From Chlorokybus atmophyticus (taxonomy: Eukaryota; Plantae; Mesostigma and Chlorokybus algae), in contig RHPI01002090.1 in NCBI GenBank assembly GCA_009103225.1, forward strand, positions 954,414 through 1,018,413: a stretch of DNA of 64,000 bases, written 5' to 3'. Made by a program: the position numbers and the translations under genes. The notes under the pieces were generated by a model. The model ran no database searches and was not told the origin of the DNA. It saw only the letters and a program-made list of their open reading frames with translations. Below, one piece after another: positions 63,717 through 64,000 of the stretch (its first letter is position 1; each line of letters starts with the position of its first letter).

Positions 63717-64000
63717 CTACTGGTCCAGGAAGAATGCATCAAGTGGCTTGCCAATGGCATACACAATGAAGCCAATCTTGCGCAGCTCAGTATGGTCGAC
63801 AACGTTGCGCCCGTCGAATACGAATGCTGGCTTGACCATACTGTCATAGATCTGTGCAGCATACGCTTAAGTAAGTGCAATTTCAACAGTGACTGTCATG
63901 CCTGAGACAACCTTCCGAGCAACAGTAGTAGACAACCCATCCAGGCTGACTGCACTCTTACCTTCTGGTAGTCCAAGTCCTTGAACTCGTCCCACTCGGT
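63717..64000 (-). CDS. UGD: UDP-glucose 6-dehydrogenase, last two exons (gene continues beyond the window)
   Basis: TEWDEFKDLDYQK|IYDSMVKPAFVFDGRNVVDHTELRKIGFIVYAIGKPLDAFFLDQ*. Confidence 0.93.

Noticed and set aside
1-64000. CRISPR arrays, rRNA, prokaryotic operons
   Set aside because: No repeat-spacer arrays or rRNA-like sequence seen; genes are intron-containing eukaryotic genes.

Overview
Intron-rich eukaryotic nuclear DNA from a green-lineage organism, most likely a green alga with a flagellated stage (plastid FAD6, plant-type UDP-Gal transporter and UDP-glucose dehydrogenase, axonemal CCDC146/MBO2). Left end (1-13 kb) is TE/repeat-rich. It holds a decayed Ty3/gypsy retrotransposon whose gag-protease junction contains a degenerate adenine-methyltransferase-like segment. 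It also holds a complete 505-bp TRIM (89-bp LTRs, 5-bp TSD, PBS, PPT) with tRNA-like A/B boxes across its 5' LTR/PBS, nested in a dispersed ~400-bp repeat family, plus an orphan zinc-finger/coiled-coil gene, a hairpin cluster and a 788-bp partial tandem duplication. From 13.6 kb on, the window is gene-dense with almost strictly alternating strands: RFC1(-), PRP17/CDC40(+), CCDC146(-), orphan PH-like gene(+), quinone oxidoreductase(-), orphan(+), UDP-Gal transporter(+), dienelactone hydrolase(-), GUF1(+), ALG14(-), METTL16/FIO1(+), FAD6(-), a small 116-aa gene(+), and the 3' end of UGD(-). Gene names come from motifs recognised by eye, and exon boundaries were inferred by hand; no database search was run.
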